A stretch of 63,402 nucleotides of DNA, counting the filler, from Dimargaris cristalligena (Eukaryota), in NCBI GenBank assembly GCA_003614675.1. It is 29 parts of 29 records of this genome, joined end to end, with 100 filler letters (N's around TTAATTAATTAA, not from the genome) between each part and the next. Parts side by side here need not be neighbours in the genome. Positions count along the whole stretch, not along the records: positions 59,177 to 61,240 come from ML004385.1; positions 61,341 to 63,402 come from ML004386.1; 27 more parts are not named here. One strand, written 5' to 3'. Of the stretch, positions 60,982-63,402 are shown piece by piece. Under the pieces are notes generated by a model. The model was not told the DNA's origin. It did not search any database and saw only the letters and a program-made list of their open reading frames with translations. Every line of letters starts with the position of its first letter. Position 1 is the first letter of the stretch. The position numbers and the translations under genes are program-made.

Positions 60982-63402
60982 GGTGTAGAGTTAGGGGGTC
61001 GAGCAGGGCAGTAGAAGGGAAGAAAGAGGAACTGAGGCTAGGTAAGGCAGCGCGAATCAATTAAGTACAGCTTTTGAGTTAAGGCCCAATGTAAGGCAGA
61101 GCAACATCCCTTACCGGGCCACATAGCCCACTCACCATGGCGCGGAAATTAATGTGCGTGGGAAACAGTTGCCACTTTGGGGATGGGGATTGGAATATAT
61201 AAATGAATTGGCCTTGCCTATGGTAAATATTTAATTTAGTNNNNNNNNNNNNNNNNNNNNNNNNNNNNNNNNNNNNNNNNNNNNTTAATTAATTAANNNN
61301 NNNNNNNNNNNNNNNNNNNNNNNNNNNNNNNNNNNNNNNNGGGGGGGGGGGGGGGTATTATCGGGCCGCCGATAACACAAAAAATAGCCGTCCCTTCTTG
61401 TTGTACAACGCGGCAATGACGTCGGAGAAATAGAACCAGTTCAGGCGACTACACCAATAGATCGAGACGATTTAAGATGTATGTAGCGTACGCGGACGTT
61501 CCACTGCTGTAGGACCATGACTCTCGGCCATCGATTTTCCCGTACCATACAGTGGTGATTTCTTGGCATCGTGCTGGGATTATGAAGGGAGAGGAGGCCC
61601 TGGGATAGAAGAAGAGGGAGGGAGAAGGAGGAGGAGGATCGCCGACCCTGCTCTTCTTACTCAGCGGAATCCGCGTGTGCCCTGAGAGTAAAAATACAAA
61701 GACAGTTATTTAATACGCTCACACTAGAGCACATGAACTATAATGTACCGGCGTTAAACCCATATGCGGCCGGAGGGGGTATATGACTGGGCCTTTTTCG
61801 TCGTATTATATATATATATATATATCAAATTATCGCGGGATTCAATTAGTCGCCGAGGGCGCGTCCCTTGCTTGACACCGCCGTTTGCTTTGATTTGATT
61901 TTGGCCTGGTTTTTCTCCCTTTTACTTGATTTTGTGGCATAAATATACAGCACCAAGGGGCTGATAATGATGGGCGGGATCCCAGCCACTGAAACCCTCT
62001 CCCATCCCAGTCGGCCTCAGGGGTCGCCTAAATGATGTGCCAGTGTGGGGAGGAAGAATAGAGCTCTACAGCTGGGTGCGAGGAGGGGAGGGGGGAGTAT
62101 GTCCACGTTGACTCCCCCCCCCCTCACATTGTGCAGGTGGGAGAGATGATGGTACATAATTGTGTATTATATAGAATCCCTTTGAGCTGGGGGACCGAGA
62201 GGAGACAGGATATTATTATTGACAACTGCCCCGCGTATTAGTCAATTTGTGTGTTTCTTCGCAGGAGTCCGTAATTAATCGGTGTACTATTTAGAGGATT
62301 ATAATCGATTAGGTCTTAAGGGTTCTCCATATAGTATGCTACTTAACCCCAATCGCCCAAGGTTAATTGAACTTGACCGTTATCCTGGGCGCATCCTCTT
62401 CCCCCAGCTTTTTGGGTCGGCGATGCATCTGCCCTAAATTAAGGGTGGTGGGGTATGCCCGTTGTTTTAGAGCCAGGCCGTTTCCCAGCGGGAAAACGAA
62501 AATAAAAAAAGGTACAGTGTTTTATTTAAGAAGATGGTTAAGTGTGGGGCGTGAGTTGAACAGGCTCATTTCACATGGCATAGTCATAATTGTTGGCCAG
62601 TGTCCTCGGCGAGTGGGAAAGGGACCACACTGCACATTAAGCAGGGATCGGACAAAAACAATGGCAAACAAGGGTGACGGAAGGATGTCACTCTTAGGTG
62701 TGGATGCGGCGAGCGGAGAGAGAGAGAGAGAGAGAGAGAGAGTAGCGTAAATATTATGCAATCGTAAATACAAATGAAAGTGCGGATGGGATGTGAGGTG
62801 AAGTGAAAGTGTAGAGGGCATTTGAAAATCCAGTGGACTCTAAATGGGGAAGAAGGGGTACGGGAGGGTACCCTCGTCAAGAATTGGGCGTGAAATGAGA
62901 GTGAATCGGAGTGGCTAAACATAGTAGGTAATCAATATAATGCGTGAAGGGAAATAAGCGAATAAAGGCGGAGGGGAAACGGGGAAGGGGCAGTCAAAAA
63001 AATAAAATGTAACGTAGTTTCAAGAGTGGGGTGGGCGTACAAGTTACCGGGGATAAAGGTATGAGTGTGAGGGGGAATATACATGATATACTAAATACAT
63101 ATAATGGCTGGCATTATTGAGCGAAGAGAGTCTCCCAGTGGGGGGCATAGCGCGTATTAGGCATTAGGTTAGGGTAAGAAACGAAAGAGGTAATAAAAAA
63201 CGGGCATTTCCATCAGTTGGGGCTAGTAAGAGGGCTGGGCAGTGGGTTCAAACACGGATGGGTTCAAAGAGTCGTTTTGAATAAACGATTTGCGGTAATC
63301 CATGGTCCAACCCTTTACCTGCCGGGTGAGGCGACGGGTCAGATTGCGCAGGCGGTTGGGGGCTTTCGCCGCACTACTGGAGGGCTCGGAATCGGACTTA
63401 TG

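Noticed and set aside
2116-61340. Regularly spaced TTAATTAATTAA as a biological repeat or CRISPR-like array
   Set aside because: Always embedded in N44 pads, so it is an assembly linker. ORFs ending in X..LIN are artefacts, and cross-linker gene neighbourhoods are not real.
62717-62742. (GA)n and other microsatellites (about 806-853, 61807-61823)
   Set aside because: Ordinary eukaryotic simple repeats.

Overview
This window is not one locus. It is 29 unrelated contigs of about 2.06-2.12 kb, roughly sorted by decreasing length and joined by 28 artificial 100-bp linkers (N44-TTAATTAATTAA-N44), so adjacency across linkers means nothing. Most contigs come from an intron-containing fungal genome, probably an early-diverging lineage (inferred; a BK-type K+ channel is present). 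They carry partial housekeeping genes (RRP9, CobW/ZNG1-like, FPGS, BMS1, CTR9, mS45, histidine acid phosphatase), several small secreted proteins, and many nested Ty3/Gypsy LTRs and Tc1/mariner relics. Three contigs are foreign: one AT-rich giant-virus-like (NCLDV) fragment with disrupted genes (30861-32954) and two high-GC bacteriophage-like fragments (35250-37339, 39629-41711). Strongest signals: (1) repeat-associated C-to-T hypermutation at both CpG and CpA, resembling RIP; (2) a decaying NCLDV-like segment; (3) two mutated, intron-retaining copies of a host FAM32A-like gene fragment among transposons; (4) start-associated repeats and large-loop intergenic hairpins in the phage-like contigs. 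All family calls rest on motifs recognised by eye; no database searches were run.
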